Source of the DNA: Thermoproteota archaeon
Lineage (GTDB): Archaea > Thermoproteota > Bathyarchaeia > RBG-16-48-13 > GCA-020355125
Direction: 5' to 3'
Assembly: GCA_030837285.1 (NCBI GenBank)
Contig: JAUPKU010000165.1
Location: 1-15,298, forward strand
Length of the DNA: 15,298 nucleotides
In this document: positions 1-8,523 of the stretch, in pieces
Numbering within the stretch: the stretch's first letter is position 1
Layout: each line of letters begins with the position of its first letter
Program-made: the position numbers and the translations under genes
Notes under the pieces: model-generated
The model's database searches: none
Seen by the model: the letters and a program-made list of their open reading frames with translations, nothing else
Told to the model about the DNA's origin: nothing

Positions 1-272
1 ACTTTTGCATGAACGCACCCGGACAGGCGAGTATTCAACAAGAAATGAATTATCCACCTTTCAAGACATCGTTGAAAGCTCTCTTAGAAAGTCCGAAAGA
101 AGCACACGCTAGAAAAATCAATACTCATATTTCATTTCCCAAGTGGAGTTATCGCTCGTGCGCTAAAAGGAGAAAAAAAGCGTGACACCGTGACAAAAAA
201 CCTCTTTTCCTATGATATGGCAGCGGGTGCTATTTTAATTTCAATAGTATTTATCAAACAAGATCTCTTCTT

Positions 273-1589
273 CTAACGTCTTATCCGACGGAGAATCGTT
301 CTGTTAATCTTCCAGAGTCGATTCGGAAAATATCTGAATTCAGGTGCTGCCTTTAACACTAAGCTGTTTGTCAGATTCTTCAAAGTTGTTGATGTCACTG
401 TTTCAAGATCTATTTTGTGGAGCCAGTCGATGAATTCTCCAGCTTGTGGATGAGGGAAATGCCTTTGTGATTTTGAATTCTTAAGCAAGTCGTTCCAGAC
501 AAATTTCACGGTGTCATTGAAGCTCCAGATATGGTTTTTAATGTTGGCTTTCATTTCTAAGAAAAACTCATCGCTTACTTTGAAGCCAAAATCGTTTGGG
601 TCTAAACCTGCTACTTCTAAACCAAGAATTGTTCGGCTGCATTTCTCGCATTTACTGTTACTACAGTTACTTGCCTCTGTACGTTTCAACTTTATACGTC
701 TATTGCCACAGGCTCGAATAATGAAAGAACGGTTTTCTTTTTTCGCATAATCTGCTATTAAGTTGATCTTTTGTTGTCGTCCAAGCTCGTAACCATCATG
801 TGAGCATGTAGTTCCAGTCCATTTGACCTCATCATCAACTTTTGGAGTCAAGGCGATTGGTTTTCCATAGTCTTTAGTGAGTGAAGCGGCGATATACAAT
901 TTGCCAACTTCATCGACATATGTTAATGGCGCGCATAATCCTAGAAAACTTAAGCCGTTCATCACAGCAATCCACCAGGTCTCATTATATAGTGATGAAT
1001 GGAAAGTTGTGCCCATTATATGATCGATTATGTCGTAAAAATTGCTTCTAACTGTTCTGTAGTTCAGCCCGTTTTCTCCTGCAAAATGGCAGAGTTCTCT
1101 TGTGACTTGTTGCCAGCGTCCAAAGTCTGCTAATTGAATGTCTGCACCTTGGATTGTGACTAATAGGGGAGTCTCTCCTCTGTGACGGATGTATGTTGCT
1201 ATGGAATCAACACCGCCGCTGAAAAGGACCATTGATTTTGACCGAGGTTTATCTGTTTCCTCGACGATTTTTTTTGCATAAATGTTTCCGCTGAATCCAA
1301 TTTTTGGGAATGTTTTACGTAGCACCAGTTGGACTTGCTTAAGTGAATCTAAATAGGGCTTATCGATGGTGTTAACGTAAATATCTGCGTGATTTGCCCA
1401 AGCAACTGGGCAGGCTGTTGACAAAAATGGAATAATAAGGAATTTCTCTGGGACATCCACTATGGGAACACTATATTGAGCAAAGAAAGTATTTCCCAAC
1501 AGGAATTTCTTGAGGTTACCCTCACAGTGAAAGTCGATGACTAAACTATTCCCATGGGAAACAACGGATTCAACAGTGAGACGCTCCAA
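273..1589 (-). CDS. PP-loop superfamily ATP pyrophosphatase (adenine-nucleotide alpha-hydrolase fold), unknown specificity. It has a ~115-aa N-terminal domain before the SGGxDS motif and a Cys-rich C-terminal segment.
   Basis: 438-aa ORF from the track. Motif 'MVLFSGGVDSIATY' matches the PP-loop signature SGGxDS found in QueC, MnmA, LarE, GMP synthase, NAD synthetase and similar enzymes. The C-terminal cluster 'CGN...NCSNSKCEKC' looks like a Zn-ribbon. The apparent start is TTG. Substrate family cannot be assigned from sequence alone. Confidence 0.6.
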   Translation of the reverse strand: MERLTVESVVSHGNSLVIDFHCEGNLKKFLLGNTFFAQYSVPIVDVPEKFLIIPFLSTACPVAWANHADIYVNTIDKPYLDSLKQVQLVLRKTFPKIGFSGNIYAKKIVEETDKPRSKSMVLFSGGVDSIATYIRHRGETPLLVTIQGADIQLADFGRWQQVTRELCHFAGENGLNYRTVRSNFYDIIDHIMGTTFHSSLYNETWWIAVMNGLSFLGLCAPLTYVDEVGKLYIAASLTKDYGKPIALTPKVDDEVKWTGTTCSHDGYELGRQQKINLIADYAKKENRSFIIRACGNRRIKLKRTEASNCSNSKCEKCSRTILGLEVAGLDPNDFGFKVSDEFFLEMKANIKNHIWSFNDTVKFVWNDLLKNSKSQRHFPHPQAGEFIDWLHKIDLETVTSTTLKNLTNSLVLKAAPEFRYFPNRLWKINRTILRRIRR

Positions 1590-1660
1590 AATTCTTCAAC
1601 ACATCATACTACAATAGAGAAAGATGTCGCTATTAGTTTTTGTGGACATAGGTTCCTAAT

Positions 1661-1672
1661 TGTGCGCGCTAT
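1661..1672 (-). promoter_or_regulatory. GC-rich motif copy A (TGTGCGCGCTAT), 75 nt upstream of the PP-loop gene start
   Basis: GCGCGCTAT at 1664-1672. Shares GCGCGCT(A/C)T with the copies at 6177 and 8524. Confidence 0.3.
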
Positions 1673-1714
1673 TTACTCGCGAACATACTTTTTTTCTTGT
1701 AAAATATTAGGTTT

Positions 1715-2812
1715 TTATTTTGTGATTAATGTTATAACATCTTCATTCATTAATCGGTGAGTTACTCCAACTTTTTGTCTATTGTATTTTACACTTTTTC
1801 CAGATACTAGTGCATAACGTAACGTGTATTTCAGCTCTCTATGTATTTTATTGCACACGTCTAGGACCGATGAATTGTTCTTTATGATAAGGGGTTCTTC
1901 ATAATCTGTTTCTTCCCCTTTTGGTTGCATAAAAACTCTTATAAAATCTAATTTTTGATAAATCTTTTCTTTCAATATATCTATGTTGAGGTTTGTTTCA
2001 GCTGAGATGGAGATGTAGTCGTAGTTTATTTTAGATTTAATTTCCTTCAGAGTCTGAGGTGATACTAAATCAATCTTGTTCATAAGTTTTAGCGAAGGGA
2101 CATATTTGCGGTTTTGTAGGATAACATCAACGAGTTGATCATATGATATGTCCTCATTTATTATTACTCTAGCATTCATTATATCATATAGTTGGAGAAC
2201 CTTTGTGATAGTTTCATTTCTCATCTTTGTTAGAGGAACTAAAGAATTGATAGCGATACCGCCCATACTTGCTTTTTCAATGGTTACTTTAGGTTGTTGT
2301 TCATCAGGGCGAATACCAATATTTTTTAATTCGTTAATAAGTATTGGAAGAGTATCAGGCTGATGTACTTCAACTATAAATAAAATTAAATCTGAGGATC
2401 TAACTACTGATAATACTCTTTTTCCCAATCCTCTTCCTTTTGATGCTCCCCCAATTATTCCTGGCAAATCAAGTATCTGTATTCGTGCTCCTTTATACTC
2501 CATCATTCCAGGTACAACTGTTAGTGTTGTGAAATAATATGATGCAATTTTTGAATTTGCATTAGTTAATTTATTCATCAGAGTTGATTTGCCAACACTT
2601 GGAAGACCAATTAATGTTACGGTTGCATCTCCACTTCTCTTAACTGCATAACTTAGAGTACTACCAACGCTGCGATTTTTATCTGCTTCTTCTTCTCGTC
2701 TGAGCTTTGCAAGCTTAGCTTTAAGAAGACCAATATGATGCTCAGTATGTTTATTTACTTGTGTACGATGCAGTTCTTCTTCTATGCTCTCAATCTTCTC
2801 AGGATTGCCCAT
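1715..2812 (-). CDS. Developmentally regulated GTP-binding protein (DRG/Rbg1-type Obg-family GTPase) with C-terminal TGS domain
   Basis: 365 aa with an ATG start. The N-terminus 'MGNPEKIESIEEELHRTQVNKHTEHHIGLLKAKLAKLRRE' is typical of DRG proteins. G1 P-loop 'GLPSVGKST', G3 'DLPG', G4 'NKID', followed by a C-terminal TGS-like region. This architecture is characteristic of archaea and eukaryotes. Confidence 0.9.
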   Translation of the reverse strand: MGNPEKIESIEEELHRTQVNKHTEHHIGLLKAKLAKLRREEEADKNRSVGSTLSYAVKRSGDATVTLIGLPSVGKSTLMNKLTNANSKIASYYFTTLTVVPGMMEYKGARIQILDLPGIIGGASKGRGLGKRVLSVVRSSDLILFIVEVHQPDTLPILINELKNIGIRPDEQQPKVTIEKASMGGIAINSLVPLTKMRNETITKVLQLYDIMNARVIINEDISYDQLVDVILQNRKYVPSLKLMNKIDLVSPQTLKEIKSKINYDYISISAETNLNIDILKEKIYQKLDFIRVFMQPKGEETDYEEPLIIKNNSSVLDVCNKIHRELKYTLRYALVSGKSVKYNRQKVGVTHRLMNEDVITLITK

Positions 2813-3081
2813 TTTAAATGATAATCAAAGAAAGAACAAAAAAAACATTTCCTTTTTTCATAACTCGATCGATTCTGCTTCTTCGCTTATTATTTTTTTT
2901 ACTCTTTACTTAGTCTATTTCTTAATATTTAATTTTATTAACTTCATCTTCTCCATAGACTGAATAATTCTTTGGTAAGTTGAAGTTAAGAATAAGACAC
3001 ACGAATTGTGTTGTATAGATAGAAGTTTAGAGCAAACACAATGTTTAATTTTTTTCTCTACTTCAACTATTTTTCTTCCTC

Positions 3082-3244
3082 ATGTGTTTAGGTGTGTAAT
3101 AGGAGTGTATGTATATATGTGTAGATGTGGGTGTAAGAATGTATGTGAGTATTTATTATGAGTGGTTGAATTAGTGTATGTTTGGGTTTGTAGATTAAAT
3201 TTTAATTTAAAAGAGCGATTTTGTGGATAGGAAATGGTTGTTTA
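3082..3244. repeat. Cryptic TG-rich, low-complexity tract (TGTRTR-like units) with only one C on the + strand
   Basis: Between the C at 3081 and the C at 3245 the + strand contains a single cytosine (3216) in 163 nt. Recurring units include GTGTATG, ATGTGTAG, ATGTGGGTG and ATGTATGTGAG. The tract lies downstream of isf and upstream of the DRG gene. Confidence 0.5.
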
Positions 3245-3826
3245 CTTTGTGATTCTCTTGGCTAGCCAGGCTAATTTTTTTCCAAAATATTCGATTGTTT
3301 TTATTCCTTCTTCATCATTAGTTACGTCTCCCTTGTTGTTTCCTATAGCTTCATTCCAATAGGTTGATCCTGGAACGATCATGCCTGTTATCATAAAGAA
3401 AAACATTAGTTGAGCGTAAGTGAAGTTTTGTCCAGCTCTCCTTGCTACAACTATGGGTCCACCAACCTTGTTTTCGAAGGGCATCCGCACGCGCGCTGGG
3501 TCTCTAGTTGAAAAGCCACTTCGGTCAATTAATGCTTTAATTTGAGGAGTGGCTGATCCAAAGTAAACAGGTGTCGCCAATATGATGCCATCTGCTTCCA
3601 GCATTTTTTCAAGTATTGGAGGAAGATCATCTTTAATATGGCATTTTCCAGTTTTCCTACAAGAGAGACATGCATCACAAGGCTTGATCGTTTTACCCGC
3701 CAAAGTTTTAAGTTCTGTTTCAATGCCCTCACTTTGTGCGGCTTCCAAAGCTTTTTGAGTAAGGATTTCAGTGTTTCCGCCCTTTCTTGGGCTTCCGACA
3801 ATTCCAATAAACTTCATAGAACTCAT
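3242..3826 (-). CDS. isf: Iron-sulfur flavoprotein (Isf) / NADPH-dependent FMN reductase family, flavodoxin-like fold
   Basis: 194 aa with an ATG start. The N-terminus 'MKFIGIVGSPRKGGNTE' is the NADPH-dependent FMN reductase signature. The compact cysteine motif 'CDACLSCRKTGKC' (C-x2-C-x2-C-x5-C) is characteristic of Isf from methanogens. Confidence 0.8.
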   Translation of the reverse strand: MSSMKFIGIVGSPRKGGNTEILTQKALEAAQSEGIETELKTLAGKTIKPCDACLSCRKTGKCHIKDDLPPILEKMLEADGIILATPVYFGSATPQIKALIDRSGFSTRDPARVRMPFENKVGGPIVVARRAGQNFTYAQLMFFFMITGMIVPGSTYWNEAIGNNKGDVTNDEEGIKTIEYFGKKLAWLAKRITK

Positions 3827-3837
3827 CGCAATAATGA

Positions 3838-3860
3838 TCTTGCGATAGGTTCACGCAAGA
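3838..3860. promoter_or_regulatory. Perfect 7-bp-arm inverted repeat TCTTGCG-N9-CGCAAGA placed between a TATA-like element (3861-3867) and the isf start codon. Candidate operator.
   Basis: Read directly: 3838-3844 TCTTGCG and 3854-3860 CGCAAGA. The site lies 12-34 nt upstream of the isf ATG at 3826. Confidence 0.4.
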
Positions 3861-4062
3861 ATATAAGCGTCGCGAACAATTGACCACTCGCACGCATCAA
3901 CCATCATAGAGTTTAACCCATCACAGAATCAACCTGTTTGATAAGTCAACCCATTCACGGAAGAAACCAATACTGAACTGCTTAGAAACCAATAAGAACG
4001 TTACGTATGGGAAGGAAAATTAAACTTTAATCCCCAATTCAACTATTTCCATGCGCACGATT

Positions 4063-6108
4063 CTAATGTTCTCTTGTTAGAATATAGATTAGCCCAAAGC
4101 TGAGCAACACGATTAACACAATGAGCATGATTGTCGTTAGAAGAGAGAAAAAAGCTTCTGAATCACTCACCGTGAAAGTATCAGTACTAGTCGCCCCTAT
4201 ATGTGTAGTATTACCAGACCAAGAGACTGAAACACTCCAAGATCCAACCATATCAGGGTTAAACGACTCGGTATATGAGCCATCAGGACCACACATAATA
4301 GTTCTATTAAACATTAGACCATCCGGATTAGTATATGTTAATGTAATAGACTGGTTTGACACTTTTAGAGAAATAGCACCAAAAACAGTTAAAGAACCTC
4401 CCTTAGAGACATCAGAAGGCAGAACTGAACATGAAATATAGTGGATGATTGGTGTAGCATGGATAAAACTCATTGCCATATTATTCACTAGCAAATTCTC
4501 ATTGAGCAAGGGAATAATGTAGACTGTCAGATTATATGTTCCGAGCATAGATGATGAAGCCCACGGAAAGCCCAGAGTGATGCTTGAAGCGTTTTGTAGA
4601 AAGGGGATTGTCTTGGAGGCTGCTAGGCCTCGGTTCACAAAGAACTGGACGATTATGGTGGACTCATTATACTGTCCAAGGTTCTGGACAGTAGCGTTTA
4701 CGATAATTGTAGATGAAAATACTTTTTCAGGTGGGTCTATTGAAACTGATAGGTCATGTTCAGGATTCACTACAGTAAAGATGCTCCAATAAGTCGTCCC
4801 GACTTGGTTGTTCAAAGTATCTGATGCGCCAACATGTATCCAATATTTGACCCCTGGAGTTAATTTAGTTCTCATTGTATAATTGGAAGTATAGAATATT
4901 GCGCTCTCGACTTTTTGTCCCAACTGAGAGCCGTTTAGAATATTTATTTGTACATTATATCGAGACGCCTCATTGATTGCGTCCCAAGAAAACGTTGGCT
5001 GTAAACTGCTAATATTAGCCTCATTTGTAAAATTATGCAAGAGGATTACTTTAGGCAAATAGAAGTCTTTCGTGACGTTGCTAGATAAAACGAGGTCATA
5101 CCAGGTTGCTGTACCTGCATAATCGGAGGTGGAACCATATGCCGTAAGAGTGTATGTACCTGCGGTGAGCCCGGTAAAATTGTAGTAACCATCAATCGTT
5201 GATGTGCTATATAAGGGATTGCTAGATAATGGATCGGAGTAACTTCCCTGAAATAGATTCACTTTTACACAATCCAATGGATGGGTGGAATAGTAGACCC
5301 TACCGGTAATAGATAAGTTACCGCTCGCAACAGCGTGCGCAATCACAATGTCTCCTTCACTGCCACTCGGCCAAGTGGTTTGAGAACCAAAATCGCCCCC
5401 TGCATAGTAATCAACATAGTAAAATATGAATCCCACGGTATCTCCTAAGGAGATGCTAAAGTCGTGACCATCATCCGATGTGTCCAATGGATCAGCGAAT
5501 TCAAAGACATAGTCGCCTATTTGTCCCAAGATTGGATTTGAATGAGAGTAAGCTGCAGATAAATCATTAGTTCCACCACCAAATTCGTCTTGTTGCCATG
5601 AAATACCGCCCTCTGGGAAGATGTAAAGGAAAAGATCGAGAGGTATGAAGTTCTCTATTACACCTAGTTGCCATGCATCATCTCCGACTTCTCCAGAGTT
5701 TGCAGTCAGACCATCATGGTCATTGTCAAACCAGAATAATGCAGAATCGCCCCATAATTGAGGACCAGAGTAATCATCGTCTCTGACTATTATAGCCAAA
5801 TACAGGTTTGTTACATCGTTCTTGACATAAAGGGTACAGTGATGAGTTTCGCTCCCTTCCCAGGTCGTTAATATGATACTCTCCGTTACGGCATCAGTCC
5901 ACTCACCTGAAGATATCGTACCGTCAATAGTTGGAACAATCGAGGCCCAAGCTGAGAGAGAATCTCCGCTATGCGCTCTAACCGGCGAAATAAAGGCTGA
6001 GAACGCGCGCGCACTCGCATTGGCCTCGATAATATCTACGAAAAGTGGGAGGAAAATCATCAAAACTAGGAGAACTGCACAATAATTTCTTGATGGTTTT
6101 TTACTCAA
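4063..6108 (-). CDS. Secreted cell-surface glycoprotein with N-terminal signal peptide, Ig-like/FN3-like beta-rich domains, many N-glycosylation sequons and a C-terminal transmembrane anchor
   Basis: 681 aa. The N-terminus 'MSKKPSRNYCAVLLVLMIFLPLFVDIIEANA' is signal-peptide-like. More than 20 N-x-S/T sequons are present. 'YYNFTGLTAGTYTLTAYGS' looks like a carboxypeptidase-regulatory/Ig-like segment and 'PTFSWDAINEASRYNVQI' is FN3-like. The C-terminal hydrophobic helix 'FFSLLTTIMLIVLIVLLSFGLIYIL' plus a short 'TREH' tail form a membrane anchor. The apparent start is TTG. Confidence 0.7.
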   Translation of the reverse strand: MSKKPSRNYCAVLLVLMIFLPLFVDIIEANASARAFSAFISPVRAHSGDSLSAWASIVPTIDGTISSGEWTDAVTESIILTTWEGSETHHCTLYVKNDVTNLYLAIIVRDDDYSGPQLWGDSALFWFDNDHDGLTANSGEVGDDAWQLGVIENFIPLDLFLYIFPEGGISWQQDEFGGGTNDLSAAYSHSNPILGQIGDYVFEFADPLDTSDDGHDFSISLGDTVGFIFYYVDYYAGGDFGSQTTWPSGSEGDIVIAHAVASGNLSITGRVYYSTHPLDCVKVNLFQGSYSDPLSSNPLYSTSTIDGYYNFTGLTAGTYTLTAYGSTSDYAGTATWYDLVLSSNVTKDFYLPKVILLHNFTNEANISSLQPTFSWDAINEASRYNVQINILNGSQLGQKVESAIFYTSNYTMRTKLTPGVKYWIHVGASDTLNNQVGTTYWSIFTVVNPEHDLSVSIDPPEKVFSSTIIVNATVQNLGQYNESTIIVQFFVNRGLAASKTIPFLQNASSITLGFPWASSSMLGTYNLTVYIIPLLNENLLVNNMAMSFIHATPIIHYISCSVLPSDVSKGGSLTVFGAISLKVSNQSITLTYTNPDGLMFNRTIMCGPDGSYTESFNPDMVGSWSVSVSWSGNTTHIGATSTDTFTVSDSEAFFSLLTTIMLIVLIVLLSFGLIYILTREH

Positions 6109-6176
6109 TTGATATCAACTAACACTATGTGTACTGATTTTATGTGACGTAGCATTCAAGCTCACCGTTCTTAGCA

Positions 6177-6207
6177 TACGCGCGCTATCTGAACTATATT
6201 GTAAGAA
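6177..6207 (-). promoter_or_regulatory. GC-rich motif copy B (TACGCGCGCTAT) plus linked TATTGTAAGAA box, 72 nt upstream of the surface-protein start. A shorter variant copy (ACGCACGCTATTGTAAGAA) sits at 6275-6293.
   Basis: The direct repeat is read from the sequence. The 11-mer TATTGTAAGAA occurs at 6197-6207 and 6283-6293, each preceded by ACGC(G/A)CGCTAT. Confidence 0.35.
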
Positions 6208-6489
6208 ATTTATTTGAATCATGTATTTAGAACTAGTGAGTAACAAAAGTAAATCACTCTTTCTTTTATTTAGCACGCACGCTATTGTAAGAATTGTGGC
6301 TCTAAAGTAAACTTGAATAAGCTTTGGGCTGCTGATGGGAGTATCTAACTAGTAAAACATGTTGTAGGAAGTTACTAAGCGCGTGTTTATAGTATATACT
6401 ATATGAATACATATATATTCAATTTACATATATATATTGAATTGTGATTTATTTTATATCCATATCATAATGTATATACTGATTGGGGA

Positions 6490-7917
6490 GTGAAAAGAAT
6501 GTTTGAAGGACTAAGTATACCGCTGTTATGGGGGATGCTAATTATCATTGCAGCAATTGTCGTCGTAGTTTCCTTCATTAAATGGGGTTACGTTGTTGTC
6601 CCCCCGCATGAAGCACACGTTGTAGTGTCTAGAGGTAAAGGCAAAAAAGTATTTTGGTCAAAAGTATCGGATGGGCAGAAACTTCAAAGTGCTTACTGGT
6701 ACATTCCTTTCTCTCAGCGGAGAATCGTCATACCTTTAGAGAACATAAGAATCAAGATTGATAGCATACCTTTGCGTGACCAACTCATGGCCAAGTTTTC
6801 AGGCGACGTCATATGTTACCTAAGTGTAGTAGATCCTCTCCTCGCAGCAGAAAAGCTTGGCAGAATTGAGATGCAGGAAGCAAGAACAGGTTTTCCAAGA
6901 ATGGAAGCAGAAGTTGGAAACTTGATAGAAGCAATAACAAGGAATGCTTCCATGAGCATGGAAGTATACGAAATCATGAGGCATAGAGATGCATTTTCCC
7001 AAGAAGTCAAAAAAAGAGTGAATGAGCCTTTACTGGACTGGGGAATCCAACTAGTCGATCTTGAGGTTATACACTTCAGAGACGTCGAAAATTACACCGT
7101 CATTAAAGATCTTGAACAGAGACAGGCCTCGCTAATAAGTTCTGAAACGAGAAAACAGGTGGCTGATAATCAAAAAGGCGCCAGCATAGTAGAGTCACTG
7201 GCTAATAAGGAGACGGAGATGGCTAAGGCAGAAAATGAAGAGTTGTTCAGGATACGACAGATTCAGAAAGATCAGAGAGTAGGTCAATCACAGCAAGAAT
7301 CAGCTCAAAAAATCGCTGAAATAGAGATGGAGGCGAACAAACAAAAAGTTGAAGCTCAGAGGGTTCTGAGTGTAGGCACGGCGCAGGTGGGAGCACAAGC
7401 TAGAATTGAGCAAGCCAAAGGAGATTCTGAGGCTATTAAGACAAAGGCGGATGGAGATTCTGAAGCCACAAGAAAGACAGGATTTGCTGAAGCTGAAGTT
7501 AGCAAGGCGAAACTTATTGCTGAAGCTGACGGGACAAAAGAAAAAGCCTTTGCGTTGAAAGAATACACTGACGCTGGATTATCACTGGAAACTATTAGAG
7601 CAGATGTAGACATTAAGAAAGCGCAATTTGCTGCGTTGGCTGAAGGTTTGAAAGTTGCAAAGATAAGTATCGTGACAAGTGGAGAAAGCAATATTCTGGG
7701 GATTCCCGTAAGCGCGAAAGCTGGGGCAGACATAGGACAGATGCTTTACGAGATGGCTGAACATGGAATTGATGTCAAATCTGTTTTGGACAAGTTGCCT
7801 CTTGAAACAGCAGTCAAACTGGCGACAGCCGAGAAATTGGGTTTAACAGCGGTTAAAGAAGCGGAAAAACAGATAGAAAAAGAGAAAACGAAAACACAAG
7901 ACAGGACGGGAAAGTGA
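6490..7917 (+). CDS. Flotillin-like SPFH/band-7 family membrane protein (YqiK/FloA-like)
   Basis: 475 aa. The N-terminal transmembrane helix 'LWGMLIIIAAIVVVVSFI' is followed by an SPFH-like core and a long Ala/Glu/Lys-rich coiled-coil region with EA repeats, typical of flotillins. The track start is GTG at 6490. An ATG at 6499 (MFEGL...), preceded by GGGGAG, is an alternative start. Confidence 0.8.
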   Translation: MKRMFEGLSIPLLWGMLIIIAAIVVVVSFIKWGYVVVPPHEAHVVVSRGKGKKVFWSKVSDGQKLQSAYWYIPFSQRRIVIPLENIRIKIDSIPLRDQLMAKFSGDVICYLSVVDPLLAAEKLGRIEMQEARTGFPRMEAEVGNLIEAITRNASMSMEVYEIMRHRDAFSQEVKKRVNEPLLDWGIQLVDLEVIHFRDVENYTVIKDLEQRQASLISSETRKQVADNQKGASIVESLANKETEMAKAENEELFRIRQIQKDQRVGQSQQESAQKIAEIEMEANKQKVEAQRVLSVGTAQVGAQARIEQAKGDSEAIKTKADGDSEATRKTGFAEAEVSKAKLIAEADGTKEKAFALKEYTDAGLSLETIRADVDIKKAQFAALAEGLKVAKISIVTSGESNILGIPVSAKAGADIGQMLYEMAEHGIDVKSVLDKLPLETAVKLATAEKLGLTAVKEAEKQIEKEKTKTQDRTGK

Positions 7918-7923
7918 TAAGAC

Positions 7924-8247
7924 ATGAGCGAAAAAGACCAGACTAAGCCACAGGAGGCACCGAGTAGAGAAGAAGGAAAAGACATAATAACGATAGATAA
8001 TTTGAGCCCATCGGTTGTTGAGCTGCTAAAAGAATTCATAAAGACTTCAGGAGCCAAAGACGTTTCAAGAGTCATCGAGGACATAACTTTCAGCATCTTC
8101 GAATTGATGAAGCTTGTCGACACGTCTAGAGATCCGAGAATATACCCTCAGGATGCAGCTAGAGTGATGGATACAGTTAAAGCAGTCCTCGAGAAGTTCA
8201 CACGATTTGGAAAACCTAAACAACTAGCGGAAGCAAAAAAAACCTAA
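7924..8247 (+). CDS. Hypothetical small acidic protein, probably co-transcribed with the flotillin gene
   Basis: 107-aa ORF that begins 7 nt after the flotillin stop on the same strand. No recognisable motifs. It is followed by a T-rich tract (8258-8270). Confidence 0.5.
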   Translation: MSEKDQTKPQEAPSREEGKDIITIDNLSPSVVELLKEFIKTSGAKDVSRVIEDITFSIFELMKLVDTSRDPRIYPQDAARVMDTVKAVLEKFTRFGKPKQLAEAKKT

Positions 8248-8257
8248 CATCCCTATC

Positions 8258-8270
8258 CTTTTTTATTTAT
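8258..8270 (+). terminator. Oligo-T tract (CCTTTTTTATTTA) immediately downstream of the flotillin-operon small ORF. Archaeal-type terminator candidate.
   Basis: T-run starts 11 nt after the stop at 8245-8247. Confidence 0.35.
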
Positions 8271-8523
8271 CCTCTAAATTATTTTTAAACTAGCATGCGC
8301 TACACAGAGTAGATTTTCTGGTCTTTTACAGATTTAAGTTTGCCTAGGATGTACTTTGTTTAACCAATCTTTAATTATCGAAGCTAAATCTTTGTTTTCT
8401 AGGGGGCATCGACTTAATTCAGAAGTAGACTGGTTCATTATTATAGGGATTTTCATTTCGTTTAGAGAACCATGAGATCTTAAGTTGACTTCCTTGACTA
8501 CTTCATTTGCAGACCAAAAACGC

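Noticed and set aside
161-200. Tandem CGTGACA-C-CGTGACA near the window start, considered as a binding site
   Set aside because: Only two short copies. It lies downstream of the PP-loop gene stop next to a T-run on the gene strand (AAAAAA on +, 195-200), so it is more likely part of a terminator region. Evidence is insufficient to call it.
3082-3244. G-quadruplex in the TG-rich tract
   Set aside because: Only two GGG runs are present. Four closely spaced G-runs would be needed.
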